Of a DNA stretch of 64,000 bases, positions 28,311 through 38,851 are shown in pieces. Under the pieces are notes generated by a model. That model ran no database searches, was not told where the DNA came from, and worked only from the letters and a program-made list of their open reading frames with translations. This stretch comes from Opitutia bacterium (GTDB lineage: Bacteria > Verrucomicrobiota > Verrucomicrobiia > Opitutales > Opitutaceae). The DNA is taken from contig CANJVR010000002.1 in the NCBI GenBank assembly GCA_947478395.1, positions 448,001 through 512,000 of the forward strand. The letters run 5' to 3'. A program made the position numbers and the translations under genes. Positions within the stretch are counted from its first letter, which is position 1. The number at the start of each line of letters is the position of its first letter.

Positions 28311-30679
28311 GGCATTCCTTTCCAGCGGCGCACGCCCCATTCCGTCAGGAGACAGCCCAAGGCGAAGAGGAGCATGGCTGGCGTGTGCCAGAGCGGGTTC
28401 ATGGCGGTTTCCATCACCGGGGCCTTTTTCTGCGGCAGGCTGCGGGCGAATTTTTCCAGATCCGCCGCGGCGACGATCTCGCCTCCGGTTTTGCGCGCGA
28501 GATTTTCCAGCAGCGCCACGTTCGGCGTGAGCGAACGAAATTCTTCGGCCGCCATGTCGCTGCTCCAGCCGCCCTCGGCCCTGCCCACCTCCGCGCCCAC
28601 CGCGTTGGTGACGATCGCCGTCGCCTTGTAGCCGCCGTTCAAGCGCGGCACATAATTCGTTTGGTAAAGTCCGGGCTCGGTCGCGGATGCTTCCGCGAGC
28701 AAATGAATCGGTGCGGCCGGTGCCGTGGCGTCGCCGAATGCGACCGATTCAACCTCCACTTTCACCGTCGCGTCGTCCAGCGGCTGGAATTTCGCGTCGC
28801 GGGCGCGCACCTGCAATTGCACGGTCCCGTTGGCGTCCTCCGGCAACGGTTCGATGGCAAGGTCGACGCGGTTCGGCACGTCGGCGATCATCCAGCGCAT
28901 GAGCTGGCGCCACGCCTTGTTCATATCGATTTTTGTCGCGGCGTCCTTCTGGCCCCAGCGCCAAAAATCGCCGATCATCAGCGCGGCGCTGCGGCCTCGG
29001 CCAAAACGCTGCACGGCCAGGGCCGGCATCTGATTGCCCTGGTCGTCGCGCACCGTCGCGATGACGCTCGCCCCCGGTTTTAGTCCGCGGACGTGGTTCA
29101 GGACCGCAAAGTCCACCATGGTGTCGATGCGCGATTTTTCGTCGGACTCATTGTCGCGCAGCCGCGCCCAAGCTTGCAGCCAGCCCTCGCGGCCCAGCTC
29201 AAATTTGAGCGCACCCGGGGCCGCCTGCTCCGTGGGCTTGTCGAGATAGACGGGCAAGACGTCGCCGATCGGATTGCGCGCGTAATTGCCCTCCTGAAAC
29301 GACTCCATGCCGCCCAACATCAACAGGCCGCCGCCGCGTTCAGACACAAATTTCTGCAACAGCTGCGCCTGCTCCGGCGCGAAAAATTCGCTCTCGAGGT
29401 CATCCAGAATTACGGCGTTAAACCCGTATAAATCCTCCGGTATGCGCGGGAAGCCAGAGCGCAGCTCGAGTTCGTCCTTGGTGTTAAGGCGGACCAGGAC
29501 GGGCTGATCGTAACTCTGCACCTCTTCCGCCGCCTGTGTGCCGAAGCCGCGGAAAAGCGGATTGCTGGTTTCGCCCGCGCGCCCCCGGAAATCAAATTTC
29601 GGTTCGCGTTTTGCGATCCGCATCAAGCCCACCAGTTGGATCTGGTCATCATCGTCCATGGCCCGATTGAGATATTTATACTCCCAGTTCGGCCGGCCGG
29701 AAACATAGAGAATGCGGTACGGTCCCTGGCCGCGATTCACCACCATCACGCGCTTGTTGTTGGCCAGCGTCGCCTCTTCGCGGCCCTGCACGCCGAGGGC
29801 CGGTGCCGCCTTGGGTGCAACGCGCACCTCGTAAAATGAAAGGCCTTTGTGTTCAGGTTTGAGCTGAAAACGAAATGCGAGCGTGTCGTTTTCCTTGCGC
29901 ACTTCGAGCGACTGCTCCTGCACCGTTTTGCCCGCTTGATCAATCAAGCTGGCCACCACGGCCTCGCCTCGAAACCCGACGGCGGCGACGTCAGCTTGAA
30001 TCGAGACCGGCGCATCTTCGAATGCGGTCTGGCTCACGTTGACTTGTTGCACCGCCAGATCCCGCGCCGGATCGCTGCGGCCGATCACGACAGGGTAAAT
30101 GGGCGGCAAACCCGTGACATCCGGCAGCGCGGTGCCGCGGAGATCCGTCGCGTTGCCATCGGTCAACAAGAGAATGCCCGCAAGCGGACGGCCCTGGAAC
30201 CGTTCCTTCAGGGTGCGCAGCGCGGTCGCGAGCGCGGTGGAACGGCCGTCGAACGCGAGCTCATGAAAGTCAGTCGTCGATTGAAGACGGCCATCGAAAA
30301 GATAACGCCGGAGCTCGAAGGAATCGTCGAGGGTCGCCTGCCAGTCCTGGCCTTTACGATCGAGCAATGCGCGCAGAGCGTCGCCGCGGCTCTTGGTGTC
30401 ACCCTGATCCTTGATCTGCAGGCCTTGGCTGTTGTCCGCCACCACGGCGAAAATATTGGCGCGGGGCCGAGCGCGCTGACTGGTCCAGAGCGGCTCCAGC
30501 AGACAGAACGCGAGCGCCGCCATGCCCAGCGCCTTGAGTGACAAACAAAGTGCACGCACCCAGCCCGGGCCTGCGGAACGATAGTAACTCCAAAGCAGGA
30601 TCCCGACGGCGAGGACCACGAGGGCCACGGCGGGCACGAGCCAAGTGAAACTGGAAAACGTAAGGGCGGCGAACATCAT
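28307..30679 (-). CDS. Membrane protein with VWA-like and class-I GATase-like domains
   Basis: N-terminal TMs, VVADNSQG…LLTDG (VWA-like), Ig-like region, FVSERGGGLLMLGGMESF (GATase-like), C-terminal TM with EWGVRRWKG. Confidence 0.75.
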   Translation of the reverse strand: MMFAALTFSSFTWLVPAVALVVLAVGILLWSYYRSAGPGWVRALCLSLKALGMAALAFCLLEPLWTSQRARPRANIFAVVADNSQGLQIKDQGDTKSRGDALRALLDRKGQDWQATLDDSFELRRYLFDGRLQSTTDFHELAFDGRSTALATALRTLKERFQGRPLAGILLLTDGNATDLRGTALPDVTGLPPIYPVVIGRSDPARDLAVQQVNVSQTAFEDAPVSIQADVAAVGFRGEAVVASLIDQAGKTVQEQSLEVRKENDTLAFRFQLKPEHKGLSFYEVRVAPKAAPALGVQGREEATLANNKRVMVVNRGQGPYRILYVSGRPNWEYKYLNRAMDDDDQIQLVGLMRIAKREPKFDFRGRAGETSNPLFRGFGTQAAEEVQSYDQPVLVRLNTKDELELRSGFPRIPEDLYGFNAVILDDLESEFFAPEQAQLLQKFVSERGGGLLMLGGMESFQEGNYARNPIGDVLPVYLDKPTEQAAPGALKFELGREGWLQAWARLRDNESDEKSRIDTMVDFAVLNHVRGLKPGASVIATVRDDQGNQMPALAVQRFGRGRSAALMIGDFWRWGQKDAATKIDMNKAWRQLMRWMIADVPNRVDLAIEPLPEDANGTVQLQVRARDAKFQPLDDATVKVEVESVAFGDATAPAAPIHLLAEASATEPGLYQTNYVPRLNGGYKATAIVTNAVGAEVGRAEGGWSSDMAAEEFRSLTPNVALLENLARKTGGEIVAAADLEKFARSLPQKKAPVMETAMNPLWHTPAMLLFALGCLLTEWGVRRWKGMP

Positions 30680-30806
30680 GGGGTGAGCGAAACCAGTGGG
30701 GAAATAGCAGAGATTGATGGGGCTGGAGTGCCATCACCTCGCGGTTCGGCAGGACTCCATGCGGGTTGAGCGTGCCCCGCCAACAACGTTCGATTCATGA
30801 CCCATC

Positions 30807-33800
30807 TCACTTTTCCTTCCCCAGTTCTTCGTAATAACGACGTACGGAATCGGCGTAACGCGAGGGCACCGGATCGCGATCGATCGGCACCAACGCATCC
30901 TTCGAATCACGTCGCGCAAGTTCCTCCCCGATACGCGCCCGCACTTCGACCAACGGATTCACAATCTGCAACTGCACCGTGGCCCAGTCAGGTTTCTTCA
31001 TGTCGCGGGTATATTGCTGACGGAGGAGACGCCCACGCTCGCGCGCGTTCGCGACCGCATCGCGCAACGCCGGCTGGTCGACGAGTTGTTCGACGTCGCG
31101 CAAGCGATCAGCCCAGGCGCCGAAATCGCCGCCCGTGATCGGCCCGCCCATTGGAGCGACGCCGCGATTACCGATTTCTCCAAGCTGGTCCAAAATTCCT
31201 TCTGCACCACCGATCCCGGTGTCGTTGTTGTTTCCGCCGCGACGGTTATTGCCGGCCAATTGACGTTGACCACCCTGACGCCCGCCGCGATTGCCCCCTG
31301 CTTGGCCTTGTTGGCCGGGCTGGCCTCCGCGTTGTCCCTGCTGACCGGCCTGGGCTTGCTGCCCCTGCTGCCCGCGTTGGCCACCTTGGCCCTGCCGGCC
31401 GCCCTGCTGCCCCGGTTGCCCCGGCTGACCTTCTTGCCCCGGAGATTCCTGCGCCTGCTGGCCTTGTTCGCCCGGGGAATCATTGCCCGCCAGTCGCTGA
31501 TCGGCCGACGCAGTATCCTTGGGATCGCCGGGTTGGCCCGGTTGGCCCGGTTGTCCTGGTTGTCCTGGTTGCCGCGCTTGTCCAGTCCGGCCCGCCTGCC
31601 CGGCCTGCTGGCCAGCAGGATTAGCGCCCTCCTGACCGGGAGGCGCGAGTTCGCGCTTAAGTTGATCCGTGATGGCGTCGATTTCGGATTGGGCGAGCTT
31701 CAGCGCCTGCGCGTCGTCGCCCAAAACACTTTCCGCGGCGCGTTCCACGCCACGCTTGAGATCCGTGATGCTGGAACCGGCCCGTTGCGCGGCCTCGCTG
31801 GCCTGCGGCAGGTAGCGTTGACGTAGCATCTCGTTCGTGAGTTCGAGCGATTTCGCCGTGGACTCACCCTCGGCGAGCTTCTGCAGACGGTCGTTCGACT
31901 GCGCGATCATGCCCTGCTCGAGCAGTTCCTTACGCATGTCTTTCACGGCCTTGACGTCGTCTTGGGCGACCTTGCGCACGCTGTCGTAAAGCTGACGGGA
32001 TAGGAGCGGTTCGGAAGTTTCCGCCTGTTCCGAAACCTGGGTCGCGCGATTAATAAGGTCGCTCGTGCGCTTCCGAATTTGGTCGACCTCATCGATCGCG
32101 GCCTGCCGGTCGGGCGACTCGGTGAGACGTTTTTGTTTCGGATCGTCGAGCCCGGCGATTTTTTTCGTCACGTCCTCCTGCTTCTGGGCCAGCTCGCGAG
32201 CCTCGGTCCGCATTTCACGCAGATCGTCGGCGAACTCGCTCGAATTTTGTTTCCGCAGTTCGTCGCGCATTTGCTGGAGCTGCCGCTCCGCCCGGGTACC
32301 GGACGCGAGCGCTTGCGAAACCGAACCTTGGCCCGTCGCGTCGGAAGATTTTTGCAGGTCGCTGCGGGTCTGATCGAGCTGGTCGCGCTGCTGCTGCATG
32401 GCGGACTGATTTTCCGGCTTATCCATGCGCTGCTTCACCTCGTCCATATCCGCGAGCATCTGCTGCTGTTCTTCCTGCAGGCGCTTCAACTGGCGGCGAA
32501 CATCCTCTTTTTCCTGCTCGGTGTTCGCGGCTTGGAGCGCGGTCTGCAATTCCTTGAGTTTCTGATTCACGTCCTGCTGCCGGCGCGCGAGTTCCTGCAG
32601 GCGGTTCAACACCTGATTCTGCTCGCGCCGCTCGGGGGATTGCGGGGACTTGGCCTGCCGCTGAGTTTCGTAGCGGTTTTCTGATTGGGCCAGATCGAGT
32701 TCGTCGATCTGACGCTGGTTGCCTTGCTGGCCACCGCCCCCTTGCCCGCGCTGCCGGCGGCTGCGCGTCACGTCGGTTTCGCGCGCCTGAAGTTTCAACA
32801 ACGCTTGATAGGCGGCCTGTTCGGCCGTGAGTGCAGACGCCAGCAGCTCGGGCTTCTTGCCGGCGGCATCGAGTTGATCGACGGCTTTCTCCATTTCCTT
32901 GGTCACGGCCGACCAAAGGGTCTGACTGCGCGGATTGCGGGCCTTGCTTTCGCCGTCTTTCGCCTGGGTCAGGGCCTGTTGCTGCGAATCGTGGACGACG
33001 GCGGTGTCCTCCGCGATTTTCGGCGCCGCAGCGTCACGCAGCAGTTTCCACGTCGCGCTCATGATCTGCTTCTGCAGCTCGGTCAGCTTCTGGGCCTGTT
33101 GCCCCTGCTGTCCCTGTTGCTGCTGCTGCTGCTGATCCTCGGACTGCATCGCTTGGCTTTCGCGGTAGATTTCGTCGAAGGGCCGTACCTCTGCAAAAAA
33201 CATGTCGCTGCTCGTGCGCCGGATCTTGGCGTCGGGGCCAATATCGTCGGCCCACAAATAGTAGGAAATGAGGTCGTCGGTTTTAGCCCCGATCTCCTCG
33301 AGGCTGATCACGCGGGTGATGGTGCGCTTTTCTTTACCCGGCAGATCACGGCCGAGCTCGATGAATTTTGTTTCCTGTCCAGCCATCGTATACGCGAGGC
33401 CGAAGGCGGGTGAGCCGAAATCGTCCCAGACGGTTCCCTCGAACGCGATTTCCTCGAGCGCCGACGGACGGACGTCGCCGCGCGGCGCGAGCAATTTCAA
33501 TTCGGGCCGGCGGTTCGGCAGCACGTCGATGACGAACGGCGCCGAGATTTTGTTCTCCCGGCCCTCGTCGTCGACGAGTTTGAGATCGTAACTTTGCGTG
33601 GTGGCGAGTGGGTAGTCGCTCAGCAAAGCGACGGCTTTTCCGGCGGTAACCTTGAGCGGGATTTCCGCTTTCGATTTATTGCGCGCGATGAGCGTAGCAG
33701 ACACGACGGGCTTGTTCAGCTGGAGCGTCAGTGTGAGCTGGGTGCCTTCGACCGCGCTGATGCGGTGGGTGTCCTCGATGCGTTTCGCCGGGAGCTTCGT

Positions 33801-34652
33801 ATAATCGGGGTACTTCAGATCGGCGTCGGCACGCGCGAGACGGGGATGCTCGAAGACCTTCACCTTAAATTCGCGGGTCCGCTCGCCATTGTAGTCGAGC
33901 CGGTAGGTGAAATCGCTCGCGACCTCGGGCACGCTGCCGCCGAAAACCGGATCGGCCAAGCTTTTCACGAGGCTAATCTTGCGCGCGGGCGAAGCCGCGT
34001 CGTTGACCACCATTTCGACCCCAGGCGGAAGCCGCCCGCCGAAACGCGCGAGGACGACGAGACTTTCGCCGCGCTCGATGGTGGTGTCGCCCGGACTCAC
34101 ACTCACTCCGCCCGACTCCACGAAGGTAAACGCCGGTGCGCCGACGCTTTTTTTAGTCCACGTTGTACGTCCCTGCCAGAGAGTCGCGGTCAGAAGAATC
34201 AGGGCGGCCAGCTGGAGAAACGAAGCCAGGCGCAGTTGGGCACGCGGGGCCGCGGCGCGCCATTCGTTGGTCTGCTGGCAATGGTTCACAGCCTGCTGCA
34301 CCACGCGTTGCTCAAGGTACGAGCCTGCGTTGTCCGCGTGCGGCTGCTGCACCGCGGTCAGAAGCAAGCCGCGCAATTCAGGATAGGCATTTTCAACTTT
34401 CTGCGCGGCGGCCCGTTCATCGAGCCGCGTGCGATAGCTGCGAATCACGAGGATCACCGCGACGCTTCCCGCCACGGCGGCGAGGAGCGGAAAGGAATAC
34501 GGCGCCGCCCAGATGCCCTGGCGTTGGAGCACGAGCAGCGCGGCGCCGACGATCGCAGCCACCAGCCAGGAGAGAGCGAGGGAGCGGGCGAGGTGCAGCC
34601 ATTGATGACGACCAATCACCCGGCGCAATCGAGACGAGAGAAAATCTTTCAT
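30807..34652 (-). CDS. Large membrane-anchored coiled-coil protein (DUF4175-like) with Gln/Gly-rich tail
   Basis: Three N-terminal TMs, beta-rich region (PDYT, DDFG), long coiled coil, Q/G low-complexity tail, C-terminal DPVPSRYADSVRRYYEEL. Confidence 0.7.
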   Translation of the reverse strand: MKDFLSSRLRRVIGRHQWLHLARSLALSWLVAAIVGAALLVLQRQGIWAAPYSFPLLAAVAGSVAVILVIRSYRTRLDERAAAQKVENAYPELRGLLLTAVQQPHADNAGSYLEQRVVQQAVNHCQQTNEWRAAAPRAQLRLASFLQLAALILLTATLWQGRTTWTKKSVGAPAFTFVESGGVSVSPGDTTIERGESLVVLARFGGRLPPGVEMVVNDAASPARKISLVKSLADPVFGGSVPEVASDFTYRLDYNGERTREFKVKVFEHPRLARADADLKYPDYTKLPAKRIEDTHRISAVEGTQLTLTLQLNKPVVSATLIARNKSKAEIPLKVTAGKAVALLSDYPLATTQSYDLKLVDDEGRENKISAPFVIDVLPNRRPELKLLAPRGDVRPSALEEIAFEGTVWDDFGSPAFGLAYTMAGQETKFIELGRDLPGKEKRTITRVISLEEIGAKTDDLISYYLWADDIGPDAKIRRTSSDMFFAEVRPFDEIYRESQAMQSEDQQQQQQQGQQGQQAQKLTELQKQIMSATWKLLRDAAAPKIAEDTAVVHDSQQQALTQAKDGESKARNPRSQTLWSAVTKEMEKAVDQLDAAGKKPELLASALTAEQAAYQALLKLQARETDVTRSRRQRGQGGGGQQGNQRQIDELDLAQSENRYETQRQAKSPQSPERREQNQVLNRLQELARRQQDVNQKLKELQTALQAANTEQEKEDVRRQLKRLQEEQQQMLADMDEVKQRMDKPENQSAMQQQRDQLDQTRSDLQKSSDATGQGSVSQALASGTRAERQLQQMRDELRKQNSSEFADDLREMRTEARELAQKQEDVTKKIAGLDDPKQKRLTESPDRQAAIDEVDQIRKRTSDLINRATQVSEQAETSEPLLSRQLYDSVRKVAQDDVKAVKDMRKELLEQGMIAQSNDRLQKLAEGESTAKSLELTNEMLRQRYLPQASEAAQRAGSSITDLKRGVERAAESVLGDDAQALKLAQSEIDAITDQLKRELAPPGQEGANPAGQQAGQAGRTGQARQPGQPGQPGQPGQPGDPKDTASADQRLAGNDSPGEQGQQAQESPGQEGQPGQPGQQGGRQGQGGQRGQQGQQAQAGQQGQRGGQPGQQGQAGGNRGGRQGGQRQLAGNNRRGGNNNDTGIGGAEGILDQLGEIGNRGVAPMGGPITGGDFGAWADRLRDVEQLVDQPALRDAVANARERGRLLRQQYTRDMKKPDWATVQLQIVNPLVEVRARIGEELARRDSKDALVPIDRDPVPSRYADSVRRYYEELGKEK
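31531..31571. repeat. 9-bp tandem repeat encoding (QPG)n
   Basis: GGTTGGCCC x2, GGTTGTCCT x2, then partial GGTTG. Confidence 0.8.
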
Positions 34653-36751
34653 GGGGAAGTGGGAACGTTGACAGGAGAACTCTTACGCGCGGTCCGCCCA
34701 GCGAGCAAGGACTCGCCCAGCAAAACCGCGATCGTGGCGAGAATGAACCAACGCCAAAGTTTTTGCCGGCTTTCGGCTTCCGTGCTCTGGAGCGCAATTT
34801 CCTTGGCGACATCAATCGCCGCCGTGGGCTTCGAGTGGGCCAGCGGGGCGCCGAGGCGTTCGAGTTCCTCGATCGCAAGTGGGGCCGTGCGCATCTCCGC
34901 GGCGTCGAGGTTCACGACGTACGACTGGGTGCGGCCACCGGCGGCGACGCGATAAACGCCCGGACGCGTCGTGTCAGCGAAGCTGGTCGCTCCCGCCGCC
35001 AGCGCGCGGAGCGTGCCATCGGGTAACGTCACGCTTGGCACCTCGACGCCCGCCGTCGCGAGCGGGATCGCATCGCCGACGAGATATTGGGCAGCCCGAG
35101 TCGTGAGCGCGCCACTGTATTCCAACAGGGCGTAAATCAATGGCACGAATTTCGAGGAGACCGCGAGTTGGCTGTCCTCGGGATTCCACCCCGCCGTCAG
35201 AATGATGATCCGGCCTTTCCCCGTGGGAATCTCCAGCAAGGCCGGATCGCCATTATCAAATTTTGCGATGGACCGCGCACCGGCAAACGCGGTCGATACG
35301 ATTTTTCGGTATTTCCAAAAATGAATCTTGGTGAAGTCGCTGAACCGAGGATCGGCGAATGCGGCGAAGAGCGGATGCTGGAAGTCGATTTCTGCGAGCA
35401 TGGCGTAGCTGGCCGGTTTGCCCTCCTCCACCTCGACCTGGTTCACGCCGAACAACGGGGCAAGTTGGGCGGCGGCCGCGGCCGATTTGAGCGCCACGAA
35501 AATGGTTTTTCCGGCGAGGACCTGCTCGCGCAGAGCCGTCGCACCGGCCGCGGGCATGGCCTCGGTCACGATCAACAACGCCGCCGAACGTCCCGCACTC
35601 TCGATCAACGGCGCGCTCGGCAACTGCGGGCTGATCTTAAAGGCCAGGCGCGGGGAATCGGACAGCGCGCGTTGCAGAAAATAGAGCGGCTGCGTGGAAT
35701 CCTCGGCCTTTTCTGAACCGAGATAAGCGAGGTCGATCTTCTGCTGCACGGGCGGGATGAGAAAGGCGGTGTTATCGAAATCCTCGTCGTCGCCGCGCAG
35801 TACGATCGACTGCGCTCCACCGGACGATTCCACGGGCAGCGAAAGAATGCGGCTCTGACCGGGTGGGACGTAGGTGTCGACGCTCGACCCGACGAATTCC
35901 GAGGTGCCGGGTCGCATCCAGCCAACTTTGAATTGTTCACGATTGGAGTCGGCGGCGTTACTGACGCGCACCCGCACCGTCGTCGCAGCCTGCCGGTCGG
36001 TGTCGACCGCATCGCCGAGCAACTGCACGCCCGCGTTGGTCGGGTTGCGGGCCTTCAAAGTTTCCACGGTAAGCTCAACGCCCTTCGGCCACTCATACGC
36101 CTGCAGCGCTTCAAGGCGGGCGCCTGATTGCAGGTCGGTGATCAGCACGATCTGGCGCAAGCCTGCGCTCTTCAAGCCGTCGACATCACCGAGTGCCTCA
36201 GCCGCGGTCACAAGCGACGCGCCGAGATTCGTTCCGGACCAACCCGGAGACGTTTCCGCGATCCGGGCCGTGGCGAACGCGACCCGGGCGTCGAGCGCCG
36301 TTTTATCCCACTCCGCAAAACCGATGAGCGAGTGCGCCTGAGTTCCGAAAGTAAAAACCGCGACTTGATCGCTGGCATCGACGCTGCGGAGGACGGCGGT
36401 AGCTCGCGCTTTCGCGTCGGCCCACAAGTCCGCACGGCGCATGCTGGCGCTGACATCGATGAGCACGAGGACGCGCTTGGTCGGGCCCGACGGAATATCG
36501 GCCGCGGCCGTTTGTTTGAAAAACGGACGGGAAAAACCAGCGGCCAGCAACGCGAGTGCCAAACAGCGCAACAACAGGAGCAGCCAGTGCTCGAGGCGGC
36601 TGCGCTTCGTCAATCGCGGCGGAGTCGGCTGAAAAAACATCAACGAACTGAACACCGTTCGCTCACGGGTGGTCCGGCGGATGAGATGGAAAATAATGGG
36701 CGCGCCGATGGCGAGAGCACCCAGCAAAAAGAATGGGGCGAGAAAACTCAT
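34649..36751 (-). CDS. BatA N-terminal domain + VWA domain membrane protein
   Basis: MSFLAP…PIIFHLI…FSSLMF…LLLLLR (BatA N-term), MIDAS DVSAS, LITD, C-terminal TM. Confidence 0.85.
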   Translation of the reverse strand: MSFLAPFFLLGALAIGAPIIFHLIRRTTRERTVFSSLMFFQPTPPRLTKRSRLEHWLLLLLRCLALALLAAGFSRPFFKQTAAADIPSGPTKRVLVLIDVSASMRRADLWADAKARATAVLRSVDASDQVAVFTFGTQAHSLIGFAEWDKTALDARVAFATARIAETSPGWSGTNLGASLVTAAEALGDVDGLKSAGLRQIVLITDLQSGARLEALQAYEWPKGVELTVETLKARNPTNAGVQLLGDAVDTDRQAATTVRVRVSNAADSNREQFKVGWMRPGTSEFVGSSVDTYVPPGQSRILSLPVESSGGAQSIVLRGDDEDFDNTAFLIPPVQQKIDLAYLGSEKAEDSTQPLYFLQRALSDSPRLAFKISPQLPSAPLIESAGRSAALLIVTEAMPAAGATALREQVLAGKTIFVALKSAAAAAQLAPLFGVNQVEVEEGKPASYAMLAEIDFQHPLFAAFADPRFSDFTKIHFWKYRKIVSTAFAGARSIAKFDNGDPALLEIPTGKGRIIILTAGWNPEDSQLAVSSKFVPLIYALLEYSGALTTRAAQYLVGDAIPLATAGVEVPSVTLPDGTLRALAAGATSFADTTRPGVYRVAAGGRTQSYVVNLDAAEMRTAPLAIEELERLGAPLAHSKPTAAIDVAKEIALQSTEAESRQKLWRWFILATIAVLLGESLLAGRTARKSSPVNVPTSP

Positions 36752-37683
36752 GACTGGCTACGTGTGATGGTTCGGCCGCGCCGGATGCGGTCCTGCATGA
36801 ATTCGAACAGGGCAAGTTCCAGCGGGCGGTCCGTCGGCACGCGATGATGAACGATGCCAAGCTTCTGGCAGATCTTGTGCAGCGCCGCACTATGCGCCTC
36901 GAATTTCTCGATGTATCCGGCGCGAATCGCGGCGGGATCGATGTAGATTTCACGATCTGATTCCACGTCCTGAAACAACGAAGCCTGCTCAAACCCAAGC
37001 GTGATCTCCTGCGGATCGAGAATTTGAAATACGACCGTTTCCTGACCGCACGCGTTGACCGCCATCAGGCTGCGCTCAAGGCGGTCGATGGGCGCGAGAA
37101 AGTCGGAAATCATTACGATCATGCCGCGCTTCCGCACCAACTGGGTGATGCGCTCCAGAGGCGAAACGAGATTGGTGGCCCGGCCGCCTGCGGGTTTTTC
37201 CAAGGCCAGCATGAGCTGACGTAGATGATCAGTCCGATGGCGGGCGGGAAGATAGTCGCGCACCCGCTCGTCGAAGGACAGCAGGCCGACCGCGTCGCCC
37301 TGCTGATGGATAAAATACGACAAGGTCGCCGCCAGCGTCGCCGCATAGTGCGCCTTGGTATAACTCAGCGAGCCGTAACTCATCGAGAGGCTCTGATCGA
37401 CGATCAGATGGACGCGCAGATTGGTTTCGTCCTCAAATTTCTTAATGAAGTATCGGTCGCTGCGCGCATACACCCGCCAGTCGAGATAACGGAGATCGTC
37501 ACCCGGCGTATACTGGCGGTACTCACTGAACTCGACGGAAAATCCGTGATACGGACTGCGGTGCATGCCACTCCAAAATCCTTCGACGACCGAGCGCGCC
37601 CGCAGTACGAGACTGCGAATACTCATCAGCGCTTTCGGATCGATCAGCGCGGCGGAGGCGAGCGAGGGGGCGGCGGAAGTCAT
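36748..37683 (-). CDS. DUF58 family protein
   Basis: GMHRSPYHGFSVEFSEYRQYTPGDDLRYLDWRVYAR, KKFEDET, DQSLSM, ISDF. Confidence 0.93.
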   Translation of the reverse strand: MTSAAPSLASAALIDPKALMSIRSLVLRARSVVEGFWSGMHRSPYHGFSVEFSEYRQYTPGDDLRYLDWRVYARSDRYFIKKFEDETNLRVHLIVDQSLSMSYGSLSYTKAHYAATLAATLSYFIHQQGDAVGLLSFDERVRDYLPARHRTDHLRQLMLALEKPAGGRATNLVSPLERITQLVRKRGMIVMISDFLAPIDRLERSLMAVNACGQETVVFQILDPQEITLGFEQASLFQDVESDREIYIDPAAIRAGYIEKFEAHSAALHKICQKLGIVHHRVPTDRPLELALFEFMQDRIRRGRTITRSQS

Positions 37684-37686
37684 AAG

Positions 37687-37775
37687 GTAGGGCGGGTTAT
37701 CCCTAACCCGCCGCTGCGACTCGATTCATAGAGAGAGCGACGCCAAACCGGCGCGTTAAGGATAACGCGCCCTAC
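37687..37775. repeat. REPIN family A (89 bp), inside the MoxR operon
   Basis: GTAGGGCGGGTTATCCCTAACCCGCC…GGCGCGTTAAGGATAACGCGCCCTAC; ends 3 nt from the DUF58 start codon. Confidence 0.88.
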
Positions 37776-37812
37776 CTCGGAGTTGCTGCCGTTGAACGTC
37801 ATGGTCGCGGAT

Positions 37813-38844
37813 TTATTTGGCCACTGGCGCCTTGGCCGCGGCGACGAGCCGGCGAATCACTTCCTCAACGCGGATGCCCTCCGCCTCGGCGCGGTAGTTG
37901 AGGAGGATGCGATGCCTCAGCACCGGCGCGACGAGCGCTTGGATATCCTCGACGCCAACATGCGCCCGGCCTTGGAGCAACGCGCGCGCCTTGGCGCCGA
38001 GCACGAGAAACTGCGCGGCGCGGGTACCCGCGCCCCAGCTGACCCAGTCGTTGACGAAGTCCGGTGTGCCCGTTTGCCGCGGGCGCGAAAGACTCGCGAG
38101 TTGCACCGCGTAGCGCACCATTTCATTGGCGATCGGCATTCCGCGTACGAGCTGGTGGAAACGGAGCACATCTTCGCCGGAGAACAACGCCTCGATCGCC
38201 GCGGGCCGCGTCGAAGTCGTCTGCGTCACAACCTTCACCTCGTCGTCCTCGGGGAGATAGTCCATCACCACGTTAAACATGAAGCGGTCGAGCTGCGCCT
38301 CGGGCAGCGGATAGGTGCCTTCCATCTCGATGGGATTTTGCGTTGCGAGAACGAAGAACGGTTCCTCGAGGCCGTGACGCACGCCGGCGGCGGTCACTTG
38401 ATGTTCCTGCATCGCCTCAAGCAGCGCGGCCTGAGTTTTCGGCGGCGTACGGTTGATTTCGTCGGCGAGCAACATGTTCGCAAACACGGGGCCGCGCACG
38501 AATGTCAGCTTACGTTCGCCGCCGGTGTCCTGCAGGATCTCGGTACCGGTGATATCGGCCGGCATCAGATCGGGGGTGAATTGGATACGCTGAAACTTCA
38601 GGTGGAAAATCTGCGCGATCGATTTCACGAGCAGCGTCTTGGCGAGACCGGGTGCGCCGGTGATGAGGCAGTGTCCACCGGCCAGCAGCGCGAGCATGAT
38701 CTGGTCGATGACTTCGCGCTGGCCGATGATCACCTTGCCCAGCTCCGCGGCGATTTTATCGCGGCTGCTGATCAGGCGCTCGACGGCGTCGCGCTCGGCT
38801 TCGTAGGCATTAGGGGCAAGGACGGGGGGCGTAGGGGAGCTCAT
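37813..38844 (-). CDS. moxR: MoxR family AAA+ ATPase
   Basis: VIIGQ, GAPGLAKT, RIQFTPDLMPADITG, LLADEINR, ATQNPIEMEGTYPLPEAQLDRF. Confidence 0.95.
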   Translation of the reverse strand: MSSPTPPVLAPNAYEAERDAVERLISSRDKIAAELGKVIIGQREVIDQIMLALLAGGHCLITGAPGLAKTLLVKSIAQIFHLKFQRIQFTPDLMPADITGTEILQDTGGERKLTFVRGPVFANMLLADEINRTPPKTQAALLEAMQEHQVTAAGVRHGLEEPFFVLATQNPIEMEGTYPLPEAQLDRFMFNVVMDYLPEDDEVKVVTQTTSTRPAAIEALFSGEDVLRFHQLVRGMPIANEMVRYAVQLASLSRPRQTGTPDFVNDWVSWGAGTRAAQFLVLGAKARALLQGRAHVGVEDIQALVAPVLRHRILLNYRAEAEGIRVEEVIRRLVAAAKAPVAK

Positions 38845-38851
38845 TGAATTC

